A stretch of DNA of 43,927 nt from a virus (Duplodnaviria > Caudoviricetes): IMG/VR virus record IMGVR_UViG_3300048895_000218, positions 1-43,927 of that record. One strand, given 5' to 3'. This document shows, one piece after another, positions 16,731-24,980 of this stretch. Every line of letters begins with the position of its first letter. The stretch's first letter is position 1. The notes below the pieces were generated by a model. That model saw only the letters and a list, made by a program, of their open reading frames with translations, was not told the DNA's origin and did no database searches. A program made the translations under genes and the position numbers.

Positions 16731-17224
16731 CAGTGGCGCTCCTTCCAAGCGTTGTGCGCTTGGATCCATCTCTCGTCGGCAAAAGCCTGGCCGTACTTCC
16801 GGCGCATCGCCTTAGCGAACCGGTCCCGGTGCGCCTCGGTCCGCTCGCGGCTGAGCTCGCGCCCGGTCGCCTCGAAGTAGGCCAGCTTGACGACTTCGAG
16901 CTTCGCCAGCCACTCCTCCCACGCATGGAAGATGACCGCGTTCCGCCAGTCCCACGCAGCGCGGGCCGCCGTGCCAGGCTCGGGGGGATTGAGCGCGTCG
17001 AGCGCGCTGTAGTCGTCCGGGAATACCGCCGAGCCCCGGAGCCCATAGTCGGCCGCCTGGGCGCCGCGTTGCTCCTGCGCTCGCCAGGTCGGTTCGAGCT
17101 GGACGTACAGCGCGTGCAGCTTGGCTGCGACGGCGCGGTCAGGGACGGCGCGGAGCTTGTCCAGGCCGCGGAGCTTGGTCGCGTCCGCGGTCGGCGAGTA
17201 CGGGTAATCCCGCTCGGTGGTCAC
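16730..17224 (-). CDS. Hypothetical protein, 164 aa (possible replication accessory)
   Basis: Coupled directly after the initiator. Confidence 0.65.
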   Translation of the reverse strand: MTTERDYPYSPTADATKLRGLDKLRAVPDRAVAAKLHALYVQLEPTWRAQEQRGAQAADYGLRGSAVFPDDYSALDALNPPEPGTAARAAWDWRNAVIFHAWEEWLAKLEVVKLAYFEATGRELSRERTEAHRDRFAKAMRRKYGQAFADERWIQAHNAWKERH

Positions 17225-18099
17225 TTGGCCCCCGCCAGGAACTCCTGCACCCGGCGCGACGACGCGAGGGCAGCGCGCGTGTCGTAGTCCACGTTCGGGC
17301 TGACCTCCTGCGGTCTGCCGCCGCGGAAACCAGCGGCCGGCACGGGCCGCCTGAACTCCGGCGCTCGGGCAATCCAGGTGTCGAAAGCCCGGTGCCAGTC
17401 AGCGAAAAGCGCGCCGGTCGACTGGTGCCGCGCGCTGAATTTCTCGAACTCCTCGGCGCAATTCAGCAGCAGCTCACGGCATTTTTCCTGCTGCCTGGGC
17501 AGCGGCTGCAAGTCCGGCGGGAACGGCGTGCTTGGCGCCTTCCTGAGCTTTTTGGCTCTCGGCGGCGGGTCCGGCGCAAACGAATTCAAATCCCCACGAG
17601 CAATGTCGCGGTCGCCCCCCTGGGGGGGTACCACCGAAGGTGGTGGGGGATCTCTTTCTGGTAGGGGAAGAGGAAGAGGAAGAGGAGAGGAAGAGGGCAG
17701 TGTGACTGACGGTGTGACTACGCGCGCTGTCACAGCGTCTGTCACGGTGTGACTACCGCGTGACTTCGCCTGCCGTTCGCTGTTACGGCGTCGTGACTCC
17801 AGCACGTCAGCGCGCGAACGGGACCACTGTCGGTAGTCATGCAATTGCACTCCACCTTCCGCCTCTTCGAGTAGGCCGACCGTTCGCAGCGCGGCGAGTG
17901 CCGCCGCTCGCTTCTTCGGATCGCGCGGGCCTCGCACATCAATCAGCATGTCGGTTGGGATGAACCCATCGGTCAGCTGCTTGCCGCAGTACGCGCGCAG
18001 CCCGAGCCACAGGAACGGGCCATCGCCGCCAACCATCGTCACCAGCCGAACGAATTTCGGGTGGTCCAGGATGCCGTCGTCGAGCTCCAGCCAGCTCAC
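17221..18099 (-). CDS. Replication initiator (RepA/replisome-organizer-like), 292 aa
   Basis: WLELDDGILDHPK, TDGFIP, LHDYRQW; C-terminal DnaT-like FADWHRAFDTWI; GTG 18099. Confidence 0.8.
   Translation of the reverse strand: MSWLELDDGILDHPKFVRLVTMVGGDGPFLWLGLRAYCGKQLTDGFIPTDMLIDVRGPRDPKKRAAALAALRTVGLLEEAEGGVQLHDYRQWSRSRADVLESRRRNSERQAKSRGSHTVTDAVTARVVTPSVTLPSSSPLPLPLPLPERDPPPPSVVPPQGGDRDIARGDLNSFAPDPPPRAKKLRKAPSTPFPPDLQPLPRQQEKCRELLLNCAEEFEKFSARHQSTGALFADWHRAFDTWIARAPEFRRPVPAAGFRGGRPQEVSPNVDYDTRAALASSRRVQEFLAGAK
17660..17800. other. Putative replication origin inside the initiator gene
   Basis: Cluster of GTGAC/GTCAC iterons next to a GGAAGA purine-tract repeat. Confidence 0.6.
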
Positions 18100-18419
18100 T
18101 TGAACAGCTCCAGTTGCTTTTGGGAGGGGGGCTTCCTGGGCTTCGTCGGGCGTGCCGACTGCCCCCGAGCGAAGGGGACCGTTGCGAAATGGAGCCCCGC
18201 TGCCCGAGCCTCGGCGCGCAGCGTGGCGAGGTCCGCCTCGGCGACCCGCCACTCGGGCAGCGTCCCGCGCTTGGCCTCGATGCCCCCGTGCGCCAAGGCG
18301 AACGCCCACACCCCGCCACCGTTCGGGTAGCGGAGACGAGCCCATGGGCGAGCCCCGTCGAACCCGTCAAACTCGCACACCTTCTCCACTCCGCCGAGAT
18401 GAACGATCGTGATGTTCAT
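18096..18419 (-). CDS. Hypothetical protein, 107 aa
   Basis: Coupled; ends QLELFK, resembling a beta-clamp-binding motif. Confidence 0.7.
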   Translation of the reverse strand: MNITIVHLGGVEKVCEFDGFDGARPWARLRYPNGGGVWAFALAHGGIEAKRGTLPEWRVAEADLATLRAEARAAGLHFATVPFARGQSARPTKPRKPPSQKQLELFK

Positions 18420-18766
18420 TGGTCCCGCTCCTTTTCCGCCACCTCGCCAAACCGCTCGACCAGCTGCTCCACCAGCTCAGCCAGCCCCGGGTCACGGGCG
18501 CATTTCGCACCCATGGACCGGACCCCGGTGAGCACCGTCGTATGGTTCCGACCGAACGCGCGCCCCAGCTCCGGGTAGCTCAGCCGGGTGCAGCGGCGGG
18601 CCACCACGTAGGCCGCTAGCCGCCCCTCCTTCACCGACTTGCTCCTGTCCTTCCCGAGCAGGTCGTAAGCCCCGAGCCCGAACGCCTCCGCCGTGGCAGC
18701 GACGATCTGGTAGACCCTAGAGCTCCAGAGCGGGACCCCGGAAACCTGTGCCTCCAGGTCGGTCAC
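18416..18766 (-). CDS. Stand-alone DnaA C-terminal (domain IV) protein
   Basis: DLLGKDRSKSVKEGR..LSYPELGRAFGRNHTTVL. Confidence 0.85.
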   Translation of the reverse strand: MTDLEAQVSGVPLWSSRVYQIVAATAEAFGLGAYDLLGKDRSKSVKEGRLAAYVVARRCTRLSYPELGRAFGRNHTTVLTGVRSMGAKCARDPGLAELVEQLVERFGEVAEKERDQ

Positions 18767-18966
18767 GGCTTGGCCTCCTCGGCGTAGTCAGCCATCTCGG
18801 CCAGGGCCCGCGAGAGCTCCCGGGCTGCCCTGGGCGTGAACCCGAGCTTGAGGTCATGGGCCGTCAGGACCACCGCGCCCGGCCTCGCTTCGAGCGAGAT
18901 GGCGAGCCCGGAGACGACGCGGCCGGCCTGCTGGCGGCGCCGGAAGGGGAGGATGCGCGCGGTCAT
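18763..18966 (-). CDS. Hypothetical protein, 67 aa
   Basis: ATGA coupled to the integrase stop. Confidence 0.65.
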   Translation of the reverse strand: MTARILPFRRRQQAGRVVSGLAISLEARPGAVVLTAHDLKLGFTPRAARELSRALAEMADYAEEAKP

Positions 18967-20504
18967 GAGGCGACCTCCGCCGGAGCATCGGCCAGCAAGC
19001 CGTCACGCTCTGCGACGTGCGCAAGGACCGCGCGAGCGAGCGCTACTGACTTGGTGTGGGTGAGCGGATCGCCTGCCTCGACGGCCTGCAAAACCTCGAT
19101 TGCGAGCCCCCCGAGAGCCTGAAGCACGTGTGCTTCAGTTGGTGCGTTTCTCTCGGGGTTTGTGCCAATTTGGGTGAGTGACGGGGATAGATACTTTTGA
19201 GGGGTTTTGTCGAGGTTTTTGGGGGGTCGTGCCTCAGACTGTGCCTCAAGAACCGCATCGCTTCCCGAGAGGCATAAGAGCTGCTGAGCGGTCAAGGCTT
19301 CCGGACTCTCCGGTCGCGCCTTCCGCCCCGTGAAGTGCCGAACCTGCCGCTGCCACGTCCCGTCCTCGTACTTGCCGTAGTACCGTTCGGTCGTCGTGAT
19401 GTCGGCGTGCCCCAGCTGATCCTGGATGAACTGGAGCGACTGCGGATCGTAGCCCCACGTCCCGCTCAGCATCGCCACCGCGTAGCTGTGCCGCATCACA
19501 TGCGAGGTGATCCCCTTGCCGCCCACCACCTCCCGCCAGCTCGGCGACCCGTCCTTCGGCTCCTCCGCGAACTTCTCCGGCCACGCCTTCCGATAGCCGC
19601 CCTTCGGGCCCGCGAAGATTTGCGGGCCGTTCTCCGGTCGGTAAAACCCCCTCATCCAAAGACGAAAAAATCCAAGCCCCGGCTCAAACAATTCCACCCG
19701 CCGCTCCTCCCGACCCTTCGGCGGCGCGTGCCCGTCGCCCCCGTACAGAACCCACAGGTGGGGGTCGTCCGCATCCAGGTGAAGCTCCGTCACCTCCAGC
19801 GCCAAGAGCTCGCCGATGCGCAGCCCCGACCCCATGCCGCAGCCGGCCAGGATCCGATCCATCAGCTCGATCTCGCGCGACCCGAAAAATTTGAGCTGCT
19901 CCGGCAGCGTCATGTAGACAATGCGAGGCTTGCTCTTGCTCGGCAGCTCCAGCGAGTCGACCGGATTGGGCAGCACCTTGGCGCGCTTGAATACCGCCGC
20001 CACCAGCCGCCCCACGTTGCCGATGAACGAGCCGCTCAGCGGCTCGCCCGTCGTCTGACTCTCCGCCTCGTCCTTCAGCCAGTCGAACCAGTTTTGCAAG
20101 ACGGGGATTTCGATCCGGTTCGGCGGGTCCTGATAGAAGGGCGCATTCTGCAAGTGCACCTCGTCGATGGACTTCCAAGTCGACACGGCTTTGTTTGCTC
20201 GGTTGATGGAGCCGTACGTGCGCTTGGCCTCCGTGAACCGACCGCGGATCTCTTGCTGCACATAGTTCGCGAACGGCAGCCCATGCCGGAGCGCGGCCAC
20301 GTCCGACTGCTCCAAGACGGCCGCGTCCAGGATCCGCCGCGCCTCGTCCCAACTTGAGAATGTCCCCACCGGGCGCTGGTAGGTCTCGGGGTTCTTACAG
20401 CCCTTCGGCGCCGGCTTACTCAGCTCGCGCGGCAAGAGCGCTTGGAATCTCGCTCCTCCGCGCAGGGTGCGGATCGAGCCAGAGTTCTGTTCATTTTTCG
20501 CCAT
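18963..20504 (-). CDS. int: Tyrosine integrase with long C-terminal extension
   Basis: GLRIGE (R), PPKG (K), HVMRHSY (HxxR), LGHADITTTERYY (H, Y). Confidence 0.92.
   Translation of the reverse strand: MAKNEQNSGSIRTLRGGARFQALLPRELSKPAPKGCKNPETYQRPVGTFSSWDEARRILDAAVLEQSDVAALRHGLPFANYVQQEIRGRFTEAKRTYGSINRANKAVSTWKSIDEVHLQNAPFYQDPPNRIEIPVLQNWFDWLKDEAESQTTGEPLSGSFIGNVGRLVAAVFKRAKVLPNPVDSLELPSKSKPRIVYMTLPEQLKFFGSREIELMDRILAGCGMGSGLRIGELLALEVTELHLDADDPHLWVLYGGDGHAPPKGREERRVELFEPGLGFFRLWMRGFYRPENGPQIFAGPKGGYRKAWPEKFAEEPKDGSPSWREVVGGKGITSHVMRHSYAVAMLSGTWGYDPQSLQFIQDQLGHADITTTERYYGKYEDGTWQRQVRHFTGRKARPESPEALTAQQLLCLSGSDAVLEAQSEARPPKNLDKTPQKYLSPSLTQIGTNPERNAPTEAHVLQALGGLAIEVLQAVEAGDPLTHTKSVALARAVLAHVAERDGLLADAPAEVAS
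19119..19248 (-). other. Putative attP inside int
   Basis: Core 19172-19188 reads ATC-CCCGT-CACTCAC-C-C on minus, like a tRNA-His 3' end; flanked by TGA(G/A)GCAC repeats; locally AT-rich. Confidence 0.7.
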
Positions 20505-20508
20505 GCGT

Positions 20509-20796
20509 TTAGCCTCGGGTCCTTCTCAAGTCGCCGTCTCGGAGCAGCGCGCGCGCTCGCGCTCGGTCCACCTCGCTCGGCGGCGCAATCGTCGGCCGGT
20601 GCGGGGTCTTTGGTTTCTGTAGGGTGCGCAGATCCACCACCTCGCCCTCGGCCATTTCTGCCCAAATAGCGGCGCGCTGCGCCCCGAGCTGCGCCCGGCG
20701 CGAGGCCAGCTCCGCCATCTGCCCGTCGAGCTCAGCCGAGTCGTGGTCGATGCGCGCAAGCTTCGCCATACGCAGCTTTCCGTCCGCTTTGTTCAT
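20509..20796 (-). CDS. Coiled-coil hypothetical protein, 95 aa (possible excision factor)
   Basis: Immediately upstream of int; function inferred from position only. Confidence 0.55.
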   Translation of the reverse strand: MNKADGKLRMAKLARIDHDSAELDGQMAELASRRAQLGAQRAAIWAEMAEGEVVDLRTLQKPKTPHRPTIAPPSEVDRARARALLRDGDLRRTRG

Positions 20797-20899
20797 GGGA
20801 AACCTGCCGCTGAAATGCTAGCTTCGGTGTGTCCTGTTAACGCAGGGCCAACGTCCCGGTCGTGTTGCAGCGACTCGGGACGTGTTTCATTTAGCACAC

Positions 20900-21004
20900 T
20901 CACCGCCCCCTCGTGTAGTCGATCAGCTCCCACACGAAGTGCACAGCGACGACGAGCGCCATCATCGCGACCCCAACCTTCAGCACGTCGATCGCTAGCG
21001 ACAT
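20900..21004 (-). CDS. 34-aa single-TM peptide MSLAIDVLKVGVAMMALVVAVHFVWELIDYTRGR
   Basis: Strong GGAGGAG RBS 6 nt before ATG; not in the ORF track. Confidence 0.7.
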   Translation of the reverse strand: MSLAIDVLKVGVAMMALVVAVHFVWELIDYTRGR

Positions 21005-21020
21005 TGTTTTCTCCTCCGCG

Positions 21021-21602
21021 TCAGAGAGCTTTTCGAATCCTCGCAAGCAGCGCCATGCGTGCCGCCTCGCCCGAGTACGGAGCGAGGCAGCCGCGCCCGC
21101 TGAGCACTCGCCACATGCCGACCTCGGGCTGCACCGACCGGAACCCGCGGCACTCGGCGACGGCTCCTGCCTGGGCGACTCGTGCCGCTCTCGCTTGCAC
21201 TAGCGCGTCCTCCGTCCCCCACACGTCCGCGTTCAGGCGGTTCTGATGGAGCTGGTAGGTGCCCCACGCTCGGTGTCGGCGCACGCCGTCGCGATCGGTA
21301 TAAGCGTCGCCCTCGTGGCTGCGGTACTCCGAGCGCGAGACCGCCGCCGTCAGCCCCGACTCCAAGACCGCCATGGTGAGCAGCCGGGCCGCGCACTCCC
21401 GATCCTGGTTGCACGCCACGGCGATGGCGTTGCCAAACTCCACCGGTTCGACTAACTCCACCCCGCGCGTGCCGAGCCGCGGGACCAGCTCAGCGATCCG
21501 CTCAGCCAGGCGCGAATAGTCGGCGCGCGCGACCGAACACACCAGGGCGAGCAGGGCCAGGAACGCGATCGTGACCCAGCCGATCTTGTTGACCGGGCTC
21601 AC
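21021..21602 (-). CDS. Lysozyme-fold / lytic transglycosylase-like protein with N-terminal signal or anchor
   Basis: MAVLESG (catalytic E) and AWGTYQL motifs; hydrophobic N-terminus ending ARA; GTGA coupled to cro. Confidence 0.65.
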   Translation of the reverse strand: MSPVNKIGWVTIAFLALLALVCSVARADYSRLAERIAELVPRLGTRGVELVEPVEFGNAIAVACNQDRECAARLLTMAVLESGLTAAVSRSEYRSHEGDAYTDRDGVRRHRAWGTYQLHQNRLNADVWGTEDALVQARAARVAQAGAVAECRGFRSVQPEVGMWRVLSGRGCLAPYSGEAARMALLARIRKAL

Positions 21603-21874
21603 GCTGCCCCACGCCTTCGGGGCCTGGGCTCGACGGGGCCGAAGTCGGGCTCCGGCCCAATGCCGAACGCCAGCCACTCGGAGCGCACCCCAAGCGCCTG
21701 CGCCAGCTTCTCCACCGTCGGCAGGGTGGGGTTATTGATGACCGCCCCGTAGATTTCGCCCGACCGTTCGAGCATCGAAACGTAGCTGTTAGAAAGGCCC
21801 GCCCGCGCTGCGAGCTCCTTTTGGATCCAGCCCCGCTTGTTGCGCACCATCCGCACCCGATCCGCCAACGTCAT
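21599..21874 (-). CDS. Cro-like XRE HTH regulator
   Basis: LADRVRMVRNKRGWIQKELAARAGLSNSYVSMLE..NPTLPTVEKLAQALGV..WL. Confidence 0.85.
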   Translation of the reverse strand: MTLADRVRMVRNKRGWIQKELAARAGLSNSYVSMLERSGEIYGAVINNPTLPTVEKLAQALGVRSEWLAFGIGPEPDFGPVEPRPRRRGAA

Positions 21875-21961
21875 GGATTAGCGAACTAGCATACATCGTG
21901 GCGCTAATCTAGTAGGGAATTGTAGTGCGCTTAGTCCACTAATTATGCTAGGATAACGGCT
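21875..21961. promoter_or_regulatory. Lysis/lysogeny switch region with operators
   Basis: Divergent TATGCT -10 boxes; degenerate GATTAG-N4-CTAATC sites at 21876-21891, 21894-21909, 21929-21944. Confidence 0.7.
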
Positions 21962-22393
21962 GTGTCGGAAACTATCGCGGATCGCATCCGCCGGCTGGTC
22001 AGGAAAGCCGTCGATGATGGCAAGTTCAGGTCGTCAAATCACTTCTGGGGTCCCGACGGCTGTGGCCTCAGCAAAGACTACCTCGGCAACCTGCGTTCCC
22101 GGCTCAAGACCGACCCCGACGCCACGGTGACGTACGAGAGCGCCGCCAAGATCGCGCGGGCCCTCGAACTACCGGTGAGCGCTGTCACCGGCAGGGACGA
22201 GAGCCAAGAACCGATCACTGACCCCTACCCGAACCGGGCCAGGGCCGTGAGCGCGGCGCGGGACCTCCAGCTGCCCGAAGCCGCGATCCGCGTCATTCAG
22301 CGGGAGAACCCCGGGCACGACATGCCCCGGCTCTCCTGGTTTCTGCGGATCCAAGCTGAGGCGGTACGCCTCCAGCCAGCCTCCAGCGGCTAG
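21962..22393 (+). CDS. CI-like repressor (HTH, no peptidase domain)
   Basis: Divergent from cro; GLSKDYLGNL..VTYESAAKIARALELPV. Confidence 0.65.
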   Translation: MSETIADRIRRLVRKAVDDGKFRSSNHFWGPDGCGLSKDYLGNLRSRLKTDPDATVTYESAAKIARALELPVSAVTGRDESQEPITDPYPNRARAVSAARDLQLPEAAIRVIQRENPGHDMPRLSWFLRIQAEAVRLQPASSG

Positions 22394-22655
22394 CGCCTCC
22401 TGCTCTAACGAGTGAGCTGTAGCGAGCGCGCGGCACAGGACCGCGTTGTCGCCCCTCACGATTTGCAGTTGCTCAGCCACGCCCCCGACCCCGCGGCGAA
22501 ACAACGTGAGCGTGTCGCCGCTGATAGCTCCCAACATCAACACACTACCGCCACACTCGTACATGGGCGTCTAGTGGGTAAGTAATAATTCTGACTTGCC
22601 TTTCCGCAACACTTCAGGAAAGGGGGGCCACCGTACAGAAAGATACCGATCTAGG

Positions 22656-22691
22656 TTGATTAGTTTGCTAATCTAGCCTAGACTGCTGGGC
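22656..22691 (+). promoter_or_regulatory. Sigma70 promoter with perfect operator GATTAG-TTTG-CTAATC (22658-22673)
   Basis: TTGATT-N17-TAGACT-N7-ATG. Confidence 0.75.
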
Positions 22692-23054
22692 ATGAACTTC
22701 GCGCCCGCCCCGCTGCCCCCGTCCTGCGACGCCTGCGGCGCTCGTATCGACTACGAGCCCGAAGACCCCACCGGCATCGCCTGCAACGACTGCTGGCAAG
22801 AAAGCGAGCTGAAGGCTCAAGCGGAGGCCGTCCGTGAGTTCCGCTGGGCGGCTCGCAATTGGCTCCGCTGCGACGGCTGCAAGGGCACCGGAGAGCGCCG
22901 CGACGAGCACTGCTACTGCCGCCTGGGGCAAGCCATGCACGCCGCCGAGGCCAAGCGTTTCGAGTTCGTGCGCGGCCTGCCTGCGCTGGCCGTGACCTCG
23001 CCCCGGGCCCTCCGCGAAAGCGAGCTCGACCCGCAGCTGAGGATCGCCCAATGA
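22692..23054 (+). CDS. Zinc-finger-like hypothetical protein, 120 aa
   Basis: CDAC, CNDC, CDGCKGTG, CYC. Confidence 0.7.
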   Translation: MNFAPAPLPPSCDACGARIDYEPEDPTGIACNDCWQESELKAQAEAVREFRWAARNWLRCDGCKGTGERRDEHCYCRLGQAMHAAEAKRFEFVRGLPALAVTSPRALRESELDPQLRIAQ

Positions 23055-23266
23055 ACGCGCGCCTCATCCCGGTCCCGACGGCCGCCGAACGCCGTGCCGC
23101 CGCCCTCCTCATCCTCGGTCGCGCCCGGACCCAAGTCGGCAGCTGCACCTATTGGGCCGAGCAAGGCGATTGCGCGGCCCAGCTCCGCGCCTCCTTGCGC
23201 GTGCTCGCGGCTGAAGTCGAGGCCGCCCAGCGCGCGCTGCTGGACGCCGATCGCATGCGTGAATAA
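23051..23266 (+). CDS. Hypothetical protein, 71 aa
   Basis: ATGA coupling. Confidence 0.6.
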   Translation: MNARLIPVPTAAERRAAALLILGRARTQVGSCTYWAEQGDCAAQLRASLRVLAAEVEAAQRALLDADRMRE

Positions 23267-23311
23267 GACAGTCAGTCAAAACGTTTGACATGTTAAAGTG
23301 TGGAGGTCAGA

Positions 23312-23644
23312 ATGTCCGACTCGATGCCCTGGGACGAATTGCGCGATCGCGGTGACGATGCCGAACTGGAAGAGCTGGCAGAGCTGGCTGAGTTCGCGCG
23401 CGAGGAGGCAGAGCGCCTGGCGTGGATCGACGGGCTCGCCGAGGGCGATCCTGATTTGGCCGTGCTCGTCGATCGGCCGGGCCTCGCGAAAGCCTTCTGC
23501 CGTCACGGCTCCTACGAGTTCGCGCTCGTCGCCGAAACCCGCCACGCCATCTGCTGCACGTGCGGCCACTCGTGGCTGATCGCGGTCGGCGATGGGAACA
23601 CCGACTCCCTGCCAGGGGACCTTCCTGGCGTCGCGCTGCGCTGA
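23312..23644 (+). CDS. Acidic hypothetical protein, 110 aa
   Basis: GGAGG RBS; upstream GTCAA-N5-TTGAC and extended -10 TGTTAAAGT. Confidence 0.65.
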   Translation: MSDSMPWDELRDRGDDAELEELAELAEFAREEAERLAWIDGLAEGDPDLAVLVDRPGLAKAFCRHGSYEFALVAETRHAICCTCGHSWLIAVGDGNTDSLPGDLPGVALR

Positions 23645-23653
23645 AAGAAAACC

Positions 23654-24721
23654 ATGAGCCAATCGAACGACACCATGTTGGAACGACAGTTAGCCGCCAG
23701 CTTGCAAGAGCGGGCGCCGGGCCGCGCCCTTGCGGTCGTGCCGCAGCGCGCTGAGCTCGCCGCTGCCAACGACACGGGCCTCCGGTTCTCGCCCGAGCAG
23801 GAGCGCATGATTCGCGACACCTGCGCGAGCGGATGCAGCTCCGAGGAGTTCGGGGTGCTCCTCGAGATTGCGCGCGTCCGCCGCTTGAACCCGCTGCTCC
23901 GTCAGATCCATTTCGTCAAGCGCTGGGACAAGAGCAAGGGGCGGAACGTCTGGTCGGCTCAGATTTCGATCGACGGCATGCGCGCCGTCGCGCAGCGCAC
24001 GGGCCTCTACAATGGGCAAGACGAGCCGGAGTACGGGCCGTGCAATGCCAAGGGTTTCCCCGAATGGGCGAAGGTCCGCGTCTATCGCAAGGACTGGGAC
24101 CGTCCCGCGGTCGGCTTGGTCTTTTGGCGCGAGTACGTGCAGACCACGAAGGAGGGGCACCCAACGAGCTTTTGGGCTGACATGCCCATGAACCAGCTCG
24201 CGAAATGCGCCGAAGCACACGCGCTCCGGAAAGCCTTCCCGGAAGATTGCGGCGGGCTCTACACGGACACGGAGATGGAGCAAGCCACGCACCCGATCGC
24301 GCTCGAAGCGGTCGCAGAGGCGCCGCGCGTCCAGGTCGTGGAGGAGCAGCCGATCCGTCAGCCGATCACGGTTCACGGGAACGACAACGACGAGCCGCCG
24401 CTCGTAGACCCCGAGGCTGCCTCTGAGCTGTTCCAGGCGTTCCGCAGGGCGCTAGCCGAGGTCGAACAAGAGCTACCTCGCTGCCGCAGCTACCAGGGCG
24501 TGCTCATCCTGCGCGATCGGATCGGCAGCAACGCCCGACCCTCGCGGCTCACGCGCGACATGCAGATTGCCCGCGAGGGCGGGCTGCTCAGCCCGAGCAT
24601 GTATGCCGAGCTCAGCAAGACCTGGCTGCGCTGCAATCGCCAGCTGGTCAAACTCGAAAAGGAGCTGCCCGCGCCCGATGTCGCCGCCTCGTTTATCGAC
24701 GATGATGGCCTCGTCGACTAA
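23654..24721 (+). CDS. bet: Bet/RecT-family single-strand annealing protein
   Basis: LNPLLRQIHFVKR, ISIDGMR..A.RTG, KCAEAHALRKAFP. Confidence 0.9.
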   Translation: MSQSNDTMLERQLAASLQERAPGRALAVVPQRAELAAANDTGLRFSPEQERMIRDTCASGCSSEEFGVLLEIARVRRLNPLLRQIHFVKRWDKSKGRNVWSAQISIDGMRAVAQRTGLYNGQDEPEYGPCNAKGFPEWAKVRVYRKDWDRPAVGLVFWREYVQTTKEGHPTSFWADMPMNQLAKCAEAHALRKAFPEDCGGLYTDTEMEQATHPIALEAVAEAPRVQVVEEQPIRQPITVHGNDNDEPPLVDPEAASELFQAFRRALAEVEQELPRCRSYQGVLILRDRIGSNARPSRLTRDMQIAREGGLLSPSMYAELSKTWLRCNRQLVKLEKELPAPDVAASFIDDDGLVD

Positions 24722-24830
24722 GACTTCCCGCACGCCCACCAGCCCCGCTTGCTGAACGGTCGCGGGGGCAGCAACGGAGAATGGTTCTCTGCTTGCTGTT
24801 GGTTGACAGCCCTGGTGGGCGCTGTGGGCG

Positions 24831-24980
24831 TTACGGGCCCGCGCCCGCTTCGCCGATAGCGGCCACGGGCCCCGGGCAATCGACGGAGACCGCGGCGACG
24901 GTGCAGCCGATGAACAGGCGGCAGCAGAGCCAAAGTAGCAGCAGGCAGACCAGGCCGAGCGCGTAGTCGGAGGCCGTCAT
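24831..24980 (-). CDS. 49-aa hydrophobic, possibly lipidated peptide (candidate lysis accessory)
   Basis: ATGA coupled; MTASDYALGLVCLLLLWLCCRLFIGC...; last late gene. Confidence 0.5.
   Translation of the reverse strand: MTASDYALGLVCLLLLWLCCRLFIGCTVAAVSVDCPGPVAAIGEAGAGP

Noticed and set aside
19160-19250. Complete tRNA gene
   Set aside because: Only ~17 nt of 3' end; no D arm, anticodon arm or 5' acceptor strand.
22169-22564. Minus-strand 131-aa ORF
   Set aside because: More than half overlaps the CI-like gene antisense and it has no recognisable motif, though it cannot be fully excluded.
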